DNA of 63,704 nucleotides. It comes from Lama guanicoe (taxonomy: Eukaryota). Every line of letters begins with the position of its first letter. Positions within the stretch are counted from its first letter, which is position 1. The stretch covers positions 17,613 to 81,316 of the forward strand of contig MU054029.1 in NCBI GenBank assembly GCA_013239625.1. Direction: 5' to 3'. Below the pieces are notes generated by a model. That model saw only the letters and a program-made list of their open reading frames with translations, made no database searches and had not been told where the DNA came from. Below are positions 12,701 to 26,400 of this stretch, piece after piece. Position numbers and translations under genes: made by a program.

Positions 12701-13952
12701 ACTGGGGCCAGGAGGAGCCAGGTCGGGCCTCTCCTGCTTGTCCCGTCGGTCTCCATACCCAGAGCCTTCACCCCGCCACCGACTGGGTCATGGCACTGTA
12801 CTAGAACCACGACTGTCCTGGGCCAGGCCACATCCCGCCAGCCCCACTTCCCCTTCTCACCTTCCCCTCCCTGTTACTACCCTCCCACCCCTGGCCAGGC
12901 CCAGTCTCCCACCAGACCTTGAAGACAGGGCTTCTTCTCACACCGAGGTCCATGCCCTGACATTCCGTCCTGCTAGATCTTAACTATGGCCCCTAAACCC
13001 TCGTGCCTCACCACAGGACACCCAACTTCCTGAAACTGTCCCCCTCACTTCTCAGCCAGGTTAGTTCCACTCTGAGTGGGCCCTACACTCCTCAACATAT
13101 GACCCCTCACCATGGGATACCCTTCACTCTGAGTGCACCCCTACCCTGAGCTCACTCCCTCACCCCTCACCCTATGGTTGGGGTGGGGAAATCCGGGCGC
13201 CAGTAATGATGACTACTGCCACCAGTGGGGGACACAGCCTAGTGTGCACCTTCATAGTTAATGTCTGAGGCTACAGGGCGAGACAGGCTGGGCTGAAGGC
13301 GGTTCCAATTCCTGCCCTGGCACCCTGATCCCCGCACCCTGTGTCTCATCTGACCCGATGGGTCAGGGTGATCCCAGGCTGCCAGCTACTGGCCTGTGGG
13401 CCTTGGGTGGTTGATGGTCCTGATGGTGATCTGGACCCCTAGGGCGGAGGCACTGGGCACGTGGACCTTTGGGGTGGGGGAGTTCAGAGGGTCCACTTGA
13501 GCCCAGGGGTAGATGGCAGATGGTGGGCTGTGTGCATGGGGCTGTGTGTGGCCTGGTCTCAGCCCAGATGGGTGCAGGAATCTTGTTCATTCACACCAGG
13601 CCAGAGGGAAGAGGGATGGGAGTTTTCAAAGCATCAAAGTTAGGAAGCCAAGACTGGAGAGCAAAATAGGAAGGTGCACTGTCCAGGCCACCATGGATCC
13701 CGCCGCAACACTGGTCCATTGCATCAGGGGAGACTGGCAGTTGACTGGTGAATGAGACATCCTCTACTGTGGTATAGTTTACAGGCAATTGAAGGGATAT
13801 TGACAGGTAATTTTAATCCAATAATTGTCACTTTCACTGTGGGAGATCAGGTCCAAAGTTATGGGGAATCTGGCAGTGATCCTGCCTGAACTCCAGCCTG
13901 GGACAGTGGAGGACCCTCCCAGGAATCATCATCTTAGGTCTCACCAAAAATC

Positions 13953-14660
13953 ACTATAATAGAGAAGAACAAATTTGACTCCATTTAGGATCTGTTCATT
14001 TTCCTTTAACCTTCTGCCATGTTTTCTAGGCTTAGTCTTGCTAGCTCTGCTCCTTTTGAAAAACAATGTTGCCTTTATACTGAAATAAACAGGAGAGCCT
14101 AATCTCAGGGCTCTGAACTTTAAGAATATTAACACTTTTGCACTCCTATAAAGATAACAAGTTGCAGAATAGAAAAAGTTTGTTTTGTTGCAGGTTTTAC
14201 AGGAACACCATGATCTGAACCACGTGGATAGCTGCAAAGAATTCCATGAACAAAGAAATCCTACAATGAGAAGTTTGCAACAACCAACCACAACCCCTCC
14301 CCTTTTTAGTGGAAAAGGAGCCTGAAGTCTGATGGGCAATATGGTTCTCCAAGTCTGCCATTATCTTGGTCTACAGCTGTCTATGAAGACCAGGTCATAG
14401 TGCCTTTGTAAAATCTCTAACAAAAGCAAAAGTTATTTTCTATTCTGCAACTTGCTGTCTTTATATAAGTGCTAAATTGTTAATATCCTTAATGATCAGA
14501 GCCTTGAAAATAGGCTCTCCTGTATATTTCAGGCTAAAGGCAACATTGCTTTACAATATGTGCAGATCTAGTAAGACTAAGCCTAGAAAAGAGGGCACAG
14601 GGTTAAAGCCAAAAGGACAGATCTTCTATGGAGTCATATTTTTTTCTTTTCTTTTATAGT
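13953..14660. mobile_element. Two ERV LTR-like fragments in inverted orientation (hairpin)
   Basis: Arm 13953-~14237 aligns by eye to the reverse complement of ~14368-14660 (e.g. ttttctaggcttagtctt, caggagagccta, caagttgcagaatagaaaa). The start (aaatttgactccat) resembles ERV1-type LTRs. Confidence 0.75.
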
Positions 14661-14685
14661 ATATTCAATTTTTCTTTTAAGATAG

Positions 14686-15550
14686 TAAGAATAAAATTTA
14701 GCCTTTTCCCATTTTAAATTGTGCAATTTTCAGGAACATTAAGTGCATTCACAATGCTGTGAGACCAACACCACTTGTTTCATACTATTTCCTTCCTCAA
14801 AGTAAAAGCTTGTATACAAAGCAAACCCCACATGCTACCTCCCCCAGCCCATGACAAACCGTAATCCCCTTTCTCTCTATATATCTTTACCTATCCTGGA
14901 GGTTCCTTATCAGTGAAATCATATAAAAGGTTTTTTTTTTGTCTGCCCACATATCTTAAGTAGGAATGGGTGAGATATTTTTTGTTTATTTGTGAATTAG
15001 TAGCANNNNNNNNNNNNNNNNNNNNNNNNNNNNNNNNNNNNNNNNNNNNNNNNNNNNNNNNNNNNNNNNNNNNNNNNNNNNNNNNNNNNNNNNNNNNNNN
15101 NNNNNNNNNNNNNNNNNNNNNNNNNNNNNNNNNNNNNNNNNNNNNNNNNNNNNNNNNNNNNNNNNNNNNNNCAAAAACCTCTTGAAGCCCAGTGTTCTGA
15201 AAAGAAACAAAACACACACAGAAAGTTCCAACGAGAGGCAGTGCAGGTGGCCAGTGTCTGCTAGAGATGTTCGACCTCTCAGGTGAGGACACAGGCAGAC
15301 GGACAGACTGCAGAGACAGCATTGGCCACCATCACACTGGTAGTTCTTTAGCCCGGTGACAACCAGCCCTGGTGACAACGTGAGCAGGCAGAGGCCCCAG
15401 GAGTTCCCCTGGAGGGAAGAGCAAATGGACGCTCCTCTCCGGCAGAACAAGGTGCAGCATACATCAAAGTGCCACAGGTGCATCCCTTCCCTAGCAGTGC
15501 TGATCCTTAGAGGAGATCCCACCAACGTTCTTGCACAATTTTCAAAGATA
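14686..15550. repeat. Direct local duplication, copy 1 (old L1 fragments)
   Basis: Aligns to 18226-19337 (e.g. gtgacaaccagccctggtgacaa and cccctggagggaagag are shared). Confidence 0.85.
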
Positions 15551-18225
15551 ATTTTTCTTCAGTAACATGAATTCAAAATTCAAAATATGACATCAAGGGA
15601 TTTTCAGGAGTGACCTGGTGTGGGCCCGAAAAACACACACACATAAACACACACATATACACATATATATATATATATATATACACACATACATACAGGA
15701 AAAGAGACAGACATACTGAAACACAGAAAAGCAGGGGGAGCAGAGAAACAGAGAGAGAGACAAGACAGAGAGAGAGGCACTGAGAGACAGAGACAGAGAC
15801 AGAGAGAAGGAACACTGGAGCTGGTAATGAGTGGAACTCACGCACATTTTCACAAGTCAGTCTACATGTCAGAACCTGGTCCCAAAGTCCATCTATCTTC
15901 CAGGGGAGGGTGTGGGGTTCACACAATGGTGTGGGAACAGAAGGCAAAAAAATAGGAAGCCATTGTGGGGCAGCCTACTACAGAGGCCGAAATGAGACAC
16001 TGCACCTGTATTTCAACATGACAGAATGACCTAGGAGGTTGTATGCCAGAGCGGATGATGTCAGAGTTGTATTTAATTTCAGTCTCACGACTGGGAGCTG
16101 GGAAGCAAGTAGCAAGGAAAGTGACATTATCCAGACCCCAGGGCAGACCCCGGCCAGTGTGGCATGTGCTCTGCACTCCACCAGCCCTCTGTGGGGTCCT
16201 TCTTTGCTGAGTCTGTACACGATCTCCCTGTGATGCCAGCCCATGGTGGTGACAGATGCAGTAGGTGTTTCTAGGTCTAGAGACAGGATGGCTTCTCTAG
16301 GAAGCAGGGGCCAGAATGACCCCCACTGTGCCGATGGGGGATTGGGGAGACCCTGAGAGGCACGTGGCTTGCCCAGGGTGATAGCACTGCTGAGTGGGGA
16401 GAGCCAGGTCTGAACCCAGGTGTGTCCTCAGAGCTGTGGCTCTGGCTGCATCCAGGCCTCCCCAGGGCTATGGGGGAGGGTGAGTTGGTGTCACTGTGTG
16501 TGAACATGGCAAGAACTGAGAAATGAGAGATTGGCAGCCCAGAAAGGCCCTTGGGGAGCTTTGTGTCAGGAGGAAGCTTGGAGAAGTGGACCCCAGGAAG
16601 TGACCTCACTTCCCTGGCAATAGAGACCAACAGAACTTGGAACCGAAGTCACCAGGAACCCACTCTGTAGAGAAATCCCTATTCAGCTCACCTGGTTGGA
16701 GACAGAGGCATGTTCTGCTGCATCCCATTATCCTGAGGCCGCAGCCCCCGAAAAGCCCACAGCAAGGGCCTGTACTAACGCTGCCGGCACTGGATCAGGT
16801 CTCACTCAAGGCGCCTCTGGCCTTTTGGCCAGAGAGAGCCAAAGGTAACACAGGGAGGTCCAGGGCAGGCCCGCCCAGGACGGGCCACCACTCAGATCCC
16901 ACCCAGGTAGAACCATGGCCCCTTCCCGGCTGGTGGAGGTGGATCAGTCATGTTGGGGGTGGGTTTCTGCCTCAAGCAAAAGCAGATCAGTGGCCTGGGG
17001 GCCCGGTCACATCCACAGCCCAGGTCAAAGCTGGCTGGCTGGGATGTGGAGAACCGGGAAATGGTCCTGCTCCCCGAGGTGCAGCCCATGCTCTCTGGGT
17101 ATGTCTTTTCCCTCCCGGGTGTCTGAGCTGAACAAGGTCCCAGTCTGATCTGGCAGCAGAGGGTTGAGTGGACAGAATCAGGAGTGTTCCTGGCCGAGCA
17201 GGGCTCTGAGATTTCCAGTCCGGGTCAGCTGCTGGTCACTGTCATTGCAGAGTCAGATACCACATACTGAACAGAAGCTAATGAATAAGAAAACCAACAC
17301 CACCTCCCCAACTGAAGGGCTGGTGTGACACTCTTCTGAGGGTCAGTGCAGCCTCCAGGTGGTTCTGGATATGGAGGGGTCCCCATCACCATGGCCCACA
17401 AATCAGTGAGGCAGGCCTCTGACCCAGACATCACCCAGGGCTCTCCCAGGGACCTGCCCTGGGCTGATGGGTAGCTCAGCACACCCGGCTCTGACCTGGA
17501 GCACATTGCCCACCTCGCTGTATGTCAGGTGGAGGACCAGGAGCCCCCGAAGCAGATCCCGAAGGTCAGAAAGGCAGGACTGGTGCCTATGTGTAGGTGA
17601 GGGAAGGGTGAGGGCTGGGCCACACAGGGAGGTGTCCCCAGAGGCTACTGTTGGGACCAGAGCAAAGAATGGTCTCAGACCACCTCTCTGGAAAAATTCA
17701 GCCACAGAACACATCCTCTGGGCACTTTCTGGGTGGGAGCTGTCTGGAAATGTCTGTAAAGTTTTCTGTCTTTCAAGAGGCACATAGTAAAGGAGGCAGG
17801 TGGATAAATTTTTACTCTCCCACAGCATAAGCTCTTCCACAAGACTTAAAACTCTCTCCACATCCAATAGTTACAGAGGAGGCAAGGGCAGGGGAAGATG
17901 TCAGAGACCAAAAAAGGATGATCTGGATCCAGCAGGAGACCCGAGCTCCCTCCTGCTGCTCCTGCATCTCCTCCTGAACCTGCTTCTGCACCTGGACTGC
18001 TGGGCAACCGAGATCCAGTTCAGGCATCACCACCACCTCGGGCAGAGCCCACTCTGCACCCACCCACACCTTCTTCTCCAAAATGTTCTCCAAAATCCCA
18101 CCGTCAGTACCCCCCCAAACTTGATGTCCCTTCCGCTGGAGATGTATTTGTTTGGTTTTCTTTAGTTTCCTTTGTTTGTTTCACATCATTTATGGAATCC
18201 TTTATTTTTCTTTTTAGACTTTCAT

Positions 18226-19337
18226 GTAATAAAATATAGACTTTTCCCCTTTTAAATTGTGCAATTCAGGAGCATTAGGGGCATTCACAATGTTGTGAGA
18301 CCATCACTACCATCTAGTTTCACACTATTTCTTTCCTCAAAGTGAAACCATGGATCCAGAGAGCACTCTCCCCTCCCTCCTCACCCAGCCCCTGACAACT
18401 CCAAGTCCTCTTTCTCTCTGTGTGTCTTTACCTCTCCTGGGTATTCCCTTTCAATGAATCTTTATGAAAGTTGGCTTTTTGTGCCTTCCCACATGTATTC
18501 ACCTGGGGCTGGAGATTTTTTTGTTTTCACTTGAAACAGCATTTTTATTATTTTAAGGGGATATCCAGGGGGATTAAAGATGTGATGTACAAAATGAAGC
18601 CCTTTTAGTAACTCTGTGCATAATCTCAGTGTAGACACTGCTATTCCCCCTGTGACACCACAGCCAGAAAACAGAAGGGAGATGCTTAGCTCTTCCTGTG
18701 GTGAAAGCAAAACCAAACAAATCAAAAANNNNNNNNNNNNNNNNNNNNNNNNNNNNNNNNNNNNNNNNNNNNNNNNNNNNNNNNNNNNNNNNNNNNNNNN
18801 NNNNNNNNNNNNNNNNNNNNNNNNNNNNNNNNNNNNNNNNNNNNNNNNNNNNNNNNNNNNNNNNNNNNNNNNNNNNAAACAATGCTGACAAACCACATTC
18901 TGGAAAAAGCATTATTCATAACCCAAGGTTGGAGAAAAGTTTCCCATCCCTGTAGTCCAAAAATCTTTCAAAACCCAGTGTTCTAAACAGAAACAGAACA
19001 GACATGGGCAGTTCCAATGAGAAGCAATGTAGGTGGCCAGTGTGTGTTAGAGATGCTTGACCTCTCAGGGGAGAACACAGGCAGACGGAAACACTGCAGA
19101 GACAGCACCAGTCACCATAACACTGGCGGGTCTTTAGTCAGGTGACAACCAGCCCTGGTGACAATGTAAGCAGGCAGAGGCTCCAGCAGATCCCCTGGAG
19201 GGAAGAGTGAAGGGACGCTCCTCTTCAGTAAAACAGGGTGCAGGAAATATCAAAGGGCCACAGATGAATCTCTTCCCCAGAAGTTCTGATCCTTATAGTT
19301 CATCCCACTAAAATCCTTACACACCTATTCAAAGATG
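18226..19337. repeat. Direct local duplication, copy 2
   Basis: Homologous to 14686-15550 on both sides of an N gap. Confidence 0.85.
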
Positions 19338-22198
19338 CCTTTTCAAGGGTGTTCATCACAGCACTGGTTGAAACAGTCGGAATTAAAGCAACACTAATGT
19401 TGATGGAGAGGGGATGGGGTCCACTCGTTCTGGTTCATGTGGATGAATGAATGCTGTGCAGTTGGAAAAGTCGGTGCCTGGTCTCAACCCAACGTCAAGG
19501 GAGGCCTCAGGGTGGAAGTATGCAGACCCGTCTGCACCCAGGGTCCCATCTGCAAGACCACATATGTGTGAAATCAGCATAGATGGAAACTGATCTAATT
19601 GTGAGTGTGTGAGAGAAAGAGATGGAGAGAGACATACTGAGAGACACAGAGACTGAGACATAAGCACCAAATCATTCATGACAGTCACTTCTGAGGGTGG
19701 AAATTACAAATCTCTTCTCTTTTAGGCAATATTTCCATTTTTTGTACTGTGTCTGTATTACTCTACTAATTCTAAAAGGATTAAAATCCTATGTTAATGT
19801 GACCCATTCATTACTCATCTATGGAGTAATTAAAGTACATTAATCCTATTTTTAAAAGAATTTGAAGCCTTCTTAGGACTCAGTTCCATGTCAGCTCCAT
19901 GGCAGCAGAGGTTCTCCAGGAGGTCGTGTCTCTTCTGAATCAGCATCCAAAAGGGGTGATGAAGAAGTACCAGACTTGGACACTGAAGACTACAATAGAT
20001 TAGAGATTCTGTTGAGAGAAATTAAGACCTACATTTACAGAGAATAATCCCATATTCATGGAGCAGAAGGCTTCATTCTATTAAGATGACAATAGTCCAC
20101 GAATAGATCTAAGGACTCAAAGAATGCCTACCCAGATCCCAGGTGGTCTTTTGCAGGAATTGACAATCACTCTAAAATTCACGTGGAAAATCCAGGGGCT
20201 CAGAATACATGAGTGAATCTTGAAAAAGAACAAATTTCGAGGAATGGAAAGTCAGATGGAACACATGGTTAATACAAAAGCACTTTAGCTGAAGATAGCT
20301 GAGATTCAATAAATGTAGAAGAAAACCTGTCATGGAATCCAATTCTCTCTTTTCCCTTTGCCCTATTATGTTAGTTTGATAACAAAGCCTTTAACTTTCA
20401 CCATTTAACATGGTAGTTACTTTTCTGATTGGCTTCTGTTTGTGTATAAATAAACCGTTTCTTTCATTTATCTCCTCTTTATTTCTGTGGGTTCTGTGGG
20501 AGGGACTCTGGTTGATGGGGACCTGCTCTTTTCTCACCTCCTTTAGTGATATCTTTTGTCCACAGTGAAGTGATTACAAAAAATAAAAGACTCATTGGTT
20601 TTGGGTCAGGATTGGAAAATATATACCTTTGGGGACCCCCTGGAGGAACAAGGAGGTTCAATACTGCCTGGAGAATTTACTGGTTGTCTTGTCCAAATGC
20701 CTAACAAGTCGCTATTTGCAAGTTGTTTTTTAAAGATTCTTACCCAAAAACAAATACACTATCTAAACCACTTGGATGACCAAATAGAAAGAAAAAAGGA
20801 GAATCATGTCTGGCCTAAGAACACTTCCTTAACAAAACGGAAGGACACAATCAGATTCAGAGCAAAAATTAAAATCCACTTATACAATCTATCCTCCCAC
20901 TCTTTTGTACACTGTCCTTAGGTTACCTGCCAGATGGCGCCCTGGAGAAGGCATTTTGCCCCGAACTCGTGATCATTTTCAGAGCTCGGCCAAGTGGGAG
21001 GTTGGTACCCAGGGTCTGAGAGGGGCTATGTGTGAAACCTTCTCTGCTGAGACCCAGTGGACTGAAGGGAACTGTGTGCTCTGAGGGAGAGAGAGCACAC
21101 AGATCCTCTGTGGAGGCATCTCTGAGATAACCCCAAAGGCACACAGCTCTGACTCTGGACACGGGAACTTTTGATTGGCATCTTAAGTGGAAATCTCCTG
21201 GATAGAAAGAAGCAGATTCAAGATGCTGCAATTGGACGGGCAGGTTGGCATCTCGAATTTGTCGATGAGGAGGACACACAATTCTCTGCAGAAATAGGAA
21301 CAACAATCCCTCCTCTGCTGACTTCATCTACAGAGAAACAGAGATGCGGCTCTAGGGGGAATTCAACACCCACCAACACTTCTTACCGATGTCAACGTCC
21401 CCACATTATTCTCCTGTCAGGTCTCTGCACAAAAACTGTGGCTCAGCCCCAAATATCACATACCCCTTACCCTGAAACACTCTGTGTCCAACTCGAACAT
21501 TAACACCTGTGACACCTGGCCAGTCTGCAACATCTGACTGCGGCATCTGGAGGGGCAGTGACCCACCCACGCGCAGCAGAGGAGAGCTGCATCTGACCCC
21601 GTGTTACGAGGAGGTGAGATCTGCTTGCCGACAGGTGCTGGGAGCAGCAAAGAAGAGGGCACCAACGGAGGGCCTCTGAAAACAAGCTGAGCTTCCAAAA
21701 CAGGACGAAGACAGAAGGACATTGCATTAAAAGCACACAGACTCCAGGACAACACGGACAACCCCCTTTTTTGTTGTTGTTGTTGTTTATTTTTTGTTTG
21801 TTTGTTTTTCTTTAAATCTGTTTTTACCTGTTCTATTTTCAATTACTCTCTTAATTTTTACATCTTAATTCAGCTCTATTTCTCTTGGATTTTAATGTCC
21901 TGTTATTGATTAGACACAGGCTTCAAATACATCTATTCATTTCCCCACCCCCTTTTTTTTTAAAGGTTTTAAAAGGACGTCCCAACCCAATTAATACTCT
22001 GCTTCATCTCGCTCTTCTATTATTCATTATACACTGTTTTCAAACCCTCTTTCTCCCTTCTTTTAAAAATCTTTCTCTCTCTCGCTTATTTTTTTCTTTT
22101 TTCCCTAAGTTCTATTCCTAAATAGGCATTAGATAGATAAAATACTTAAGATCCAAAATAGACAACTGATACTCTATAAACCACAGTGCCAGAGAGGT

Positions 22199-23030
22199 AT
22201 GAGAAACATGAAGAAGCAGAGAAACCTTTCCCAATTAAAAGAACAAGAGGAATCCCCTGAAAGAAAAATAAATGGAATAGACTTCGATAGACTACTAGAT
22301 CAAGATTTCAAAAAAGGAGTGATCAAATTGCTGAAGGAATTAAAAGAGTAGTGCTTAGAGATATAAAATATGTCAAAAATGAAATTGAAGCTATAAAGAA
22401 GAGCCAAGCAGAATGGGTAAACTCATTGACAGAGATGAGGAATTATCTAATAGCTGTGCAAAGCCAACTAGTTAATGCAGAGGAACGAATTAGTGATCTA
22501 CAAGACAGGGCAATAAAAAGCACCCATTCAGAAGAACTACAAGATAAGCAAATAAAAAATTATGAAAATAGCATAAGGGACCTATGGGATAATATAAAGC
22601 ATCCCAACATTCACATAATAGGGGTCCCAGAAGGGGAAGAAGGATCAAAGGGGATTGAAAAGGTTTTTCAAGACATCATGACTGAAAACTTCCCAAACTT
22701 AAAGAATGAATCAGATATCCAAGTACAGGAAGCTCAGAGGGTCCCAAACAGGAAGAATCCAAATAGACCCACACCAAGAAAGAATATCAAAGAGTGAATT
22801 ACAAGGGAACCCCCATAAGGCTCTCAGCTGATTTCTCTATAAAAACACTACAGGCAGGAAGGGAGTGGCAAGATATATACAAAGCCATGAAAGATAAAAA
22901 GATGCAGCCTAGGATACTTTATCCATCAAGGCTATCTTTTAGGACAGAAGGAGAAATAAAGAGTTTCATAGACAAAAAAAAAAAAACTACAGTAGTTTAG
23001 CAACACTAAACCCATGCTATTCAAAATAGA
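22199..23030 (+). pseudogene. L1 ORF1p, frameshifted and internally deleted
   Basis: LWDNIKHPNIHIIGVPEGEE...RPTPR and YKGTPIRLSADFS...ILYPSRLSF motifs are split across frames (22351-22797, 22794-23000). Confidence 0.9.
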
Positions 23031-23429
23031 AAACCAGCAGGGTACTACAGAAATGAGAAACTCACAACTGGAAAGGTGATAACTCATGAATTACAAATAA
23101 AGAAAACACGAAATTATAAAAGAAGACATACAAATCACTGAGAGTGGGAGAGGGAGGCAGGGAAATATAGAATATTTTTTCTTTCTTTTTTAAACATTTT
23201 TTAAATGTAGGATGGGTTTGAGATCATGTTACTATCAGTTAAATAAAAACAGTTATAATAATGGGTGAATAGATCTACAAAAAATGGTAACCACAAGTCA
23301 AAAATTTACAAGGGAGTCACAAAAATTAAATAAAATCCATGATAATACAAAGGAAAATTACCAAACCACAAAAGGAAGAAGAAAGGAACAAAGAGGATAT
23401 ACCAATTCAACTGCAAAGATAAGTTCAAA

Positions 23430-26400
23430 ATGGCAATAAACACACATCTATCATTAATTACTGTAAATGTTAATGGACTAAATGCTCCAGTCAAAAGACA
23501 TAGAGTGGCAGACTGGATAATAATGCAAGAACCTTCAATATGCTGCATACAAGAGACCCACTTTTGGGAGAAGGACACATATAGATTGAGAGTGAAAGGA
23601 TGGAAAAGGATATTCCATGCAAATGGAAAAGCCACAAAATTAGGTGTTGCAGTGCTGATTTCAGACAAAATAGACTTTAAAACAAAGGCCATAAAGAAAG
23701 ATAAAGAGGGACATTTTATAATGATTAAAGGAGTGATACAAGATGAAGATATTACTCTCATTAATATACATGCACCCAATATAGGAGCACCTAAGTACAT
23801 ACAAGAATTACTAACAGAGGAAAAGGGGGATATTGATTGGAACACAATCATAGTTGGAGATTTTAACACTGCATTAACATCACTAGACAGATCTTCCAGA
23901 CAGAAAATAAACAAGGCAAAAGAGAAATTAAATACAATAGAAAAACTAGATTTGGTGGATATTTTCAGAGCATTTCACCCCCAAAAAATAGAATTTACAT
24001 TCTTTTTGAGTCCACATGGAACATTTTCCAGGATCGATCATGTCCTTGGACACAAAAGAAACCTCAACAAATTTAAGAAGATAGAAATTATCTCAAGCAT
24101 CTTTACTGACCACAATGCCATGAAACTGGAAATCAACAACAGAGAAACAAAGGAGAAAAAAAGATAAGCATGGAGATTAAACCATATGTTATTGATAAAA
24201 CAATGGATCAATGAGGAAACCAAACTGAAATTAAAAAGTACCTTGAGAAAAATGATAATGAAAACACAACCACTCAAAACCTATGGGACACAGCAAAGGC
24301 AGTGCTAAGAGGGAAGTTTATAGCGATACAGGCCTTCCTCAAAAAAGAAGAACAATCTCAAATAAACAAGTTAACTCACCACCTGAATCAATTAGAAAAG
24401 AAGAACAAAAAGCCCCAAAAAGCAGCAGAGTGAAGGAAATAATAAAGATCAGAGAGGAATTAAATACAATAGAGATTAACAAGACCATAGGAAAAATCAA
24501 CGAAACCAAAAGCTGGTTTATGGAAAAAGTAAATAAAATCAACAAACCTCTGGCCAAACTCACAAAGAAGAAAAAAGAGAGAGCACAAATTAGCAAAATA
24601 AGAAAGGAAAATGGAGAAATTACAACAAACAAAATAGAAATACAGAATATCATATGAGAATATTATGAAAAACTATATGTAACCAAACTGGATAACCTAG
24701 AGGAGATGGACAAGTTTCTGGAAACATAGTGTCCACCAAAACTGAATCAAGAAAAAACTGAACACTTGAACAATTGGATCACTAGAAAGGAAATAGAAAT
24801 ACCAATTAAAAACCTCCCTACAAATAAAAGTCCAGGACTGGACGGCTTCACAGTGGAATTCTAACAAACATACAAGGAAGAACTCATACCAGTCTTTCTC
24901 AAACTCTTCCAGACAATTGAAAAGGAGGGAATACTCCCAAACTCATTCTATGAAGCCACCATCACCCTGATACCAAAACCAGGCAAAGGCACTACAAAAA
25001 AAGGGAATTATCGGCCAATATCACTGATGAACATAGACGCCAAAATCCTCACCAAAATTTTAGCAAATAGAATCTAACAACACATAAAAAAGATTATACA
25101 TCATGACAAAGAGGGGTTCATCCCAGGGACACAAGGCTGGTTCAACATATGCAAATCAATCAATGTAATACATCACATCAAAAAGAGAAAGGGCAAAAAC
25201 CACATGATCATCTTAATTGATGCAAAAAAAGCATTTGGTAAAATTCAACATTCATTTATGATAATAACTCTCGCCAAAGTGGGTATAGAGGGAACATATA
25301 TCAACATAATAAAAGCTATATATGACAAACCTACAGCCAGCATAGTTCTCAACAGTGAAAAACTCAAAAGCTTCCCACTAAAATCTGGGACAAGACAAGG
25401 ATGCCCACTACCACCACTCCTATTCAACATAGTCCTGGAAGTCCTAGCCACAGCAGTCAGGCAAGAGAAAGAAATAAAATGGATCCAAATTGGAAAAAAA
25501 GGGGTAAAAGTGTCATTATATGCTGATGACATGTTACTACATATACAAAACCCTAAAAGGTCCACACAAAAGCTACTACAGCTGATTGAAGTATTCAGTA
25601 ATGTAGCAGTTTAGAAAATTAACGTTCAAAAATCAGTTGCCTTTCTTTACACTAACGATAAATCAACAGAAAAAGAAAGTAAAGAAACAATCCCCTTTAA
25701 AATAGCACCGAAAGTAATAAAATATCTGGGAATAAATCTAACCAAGGAGGTGAAAAATTTATACACAAAAAACTATGAACAATTGATGAAGGAAATTAAA
25801 GAAGACTTTAAAAAATGCAAAGATATTTCATGCTCTTGGATTGGAAGAATCAATATTGTTAAAATGGTCACACTGCCCAAGGCAATCTACAGATTTAAGC
25901 AATCCCTATCCAATTACCTTGGACATATTTCACAGAACTAGAACAAATCATAATAAAATCTATATGGAACCATCAAAGACCTAGAATTGCCAAAGCATTA
26001 CTGAAGAGAAAGAAAGAGGCTGGAGGAATAACTCTCCCAGGCTTCAGACAATACTATAGAGCTACAGTCATCAAGACAGCATGGTATTGGTACCAAAACA
26101 GACATATAGACCAATGGAACAGAATAGAGAGCCCAGAGATGAACCCACAAACCTTTGGTCAACTAATCTTTGACAAAGGAGGTAAGAATATACAATGGAA
26201 TAAAGACAGTCTCTTCAGCAAATCGTATTGGGAAAACTGGACAGCAGCATATAGAACAATGAAGCTAGAACACACCTTTACACCATATACAAAAATCAAC
26301 TCAAAATGGATTAAAGACTTAAACATAAGACAAGATACAATAAACCTCCTAGAGGAAAACATACGCAAAACATTATCNNNNNNNNNNNNNNNNNNNNNNN

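Noticed and set aside
12985..13175. Degenerate telomere-like (CCCTCA/CCCTAC) words
   Set aside because: Too sparse and irregular to call an interstitial telomeric repeat.
14891..15525. ORFs containing X runs (also ~18.5-18.9, 26.1-26.7 and 60.1-60.8 kb)
   Set aside because: Lengths are inflated by N gaps at 15006-15171, 18729-18876, 26378-26446 and 60506-60742.
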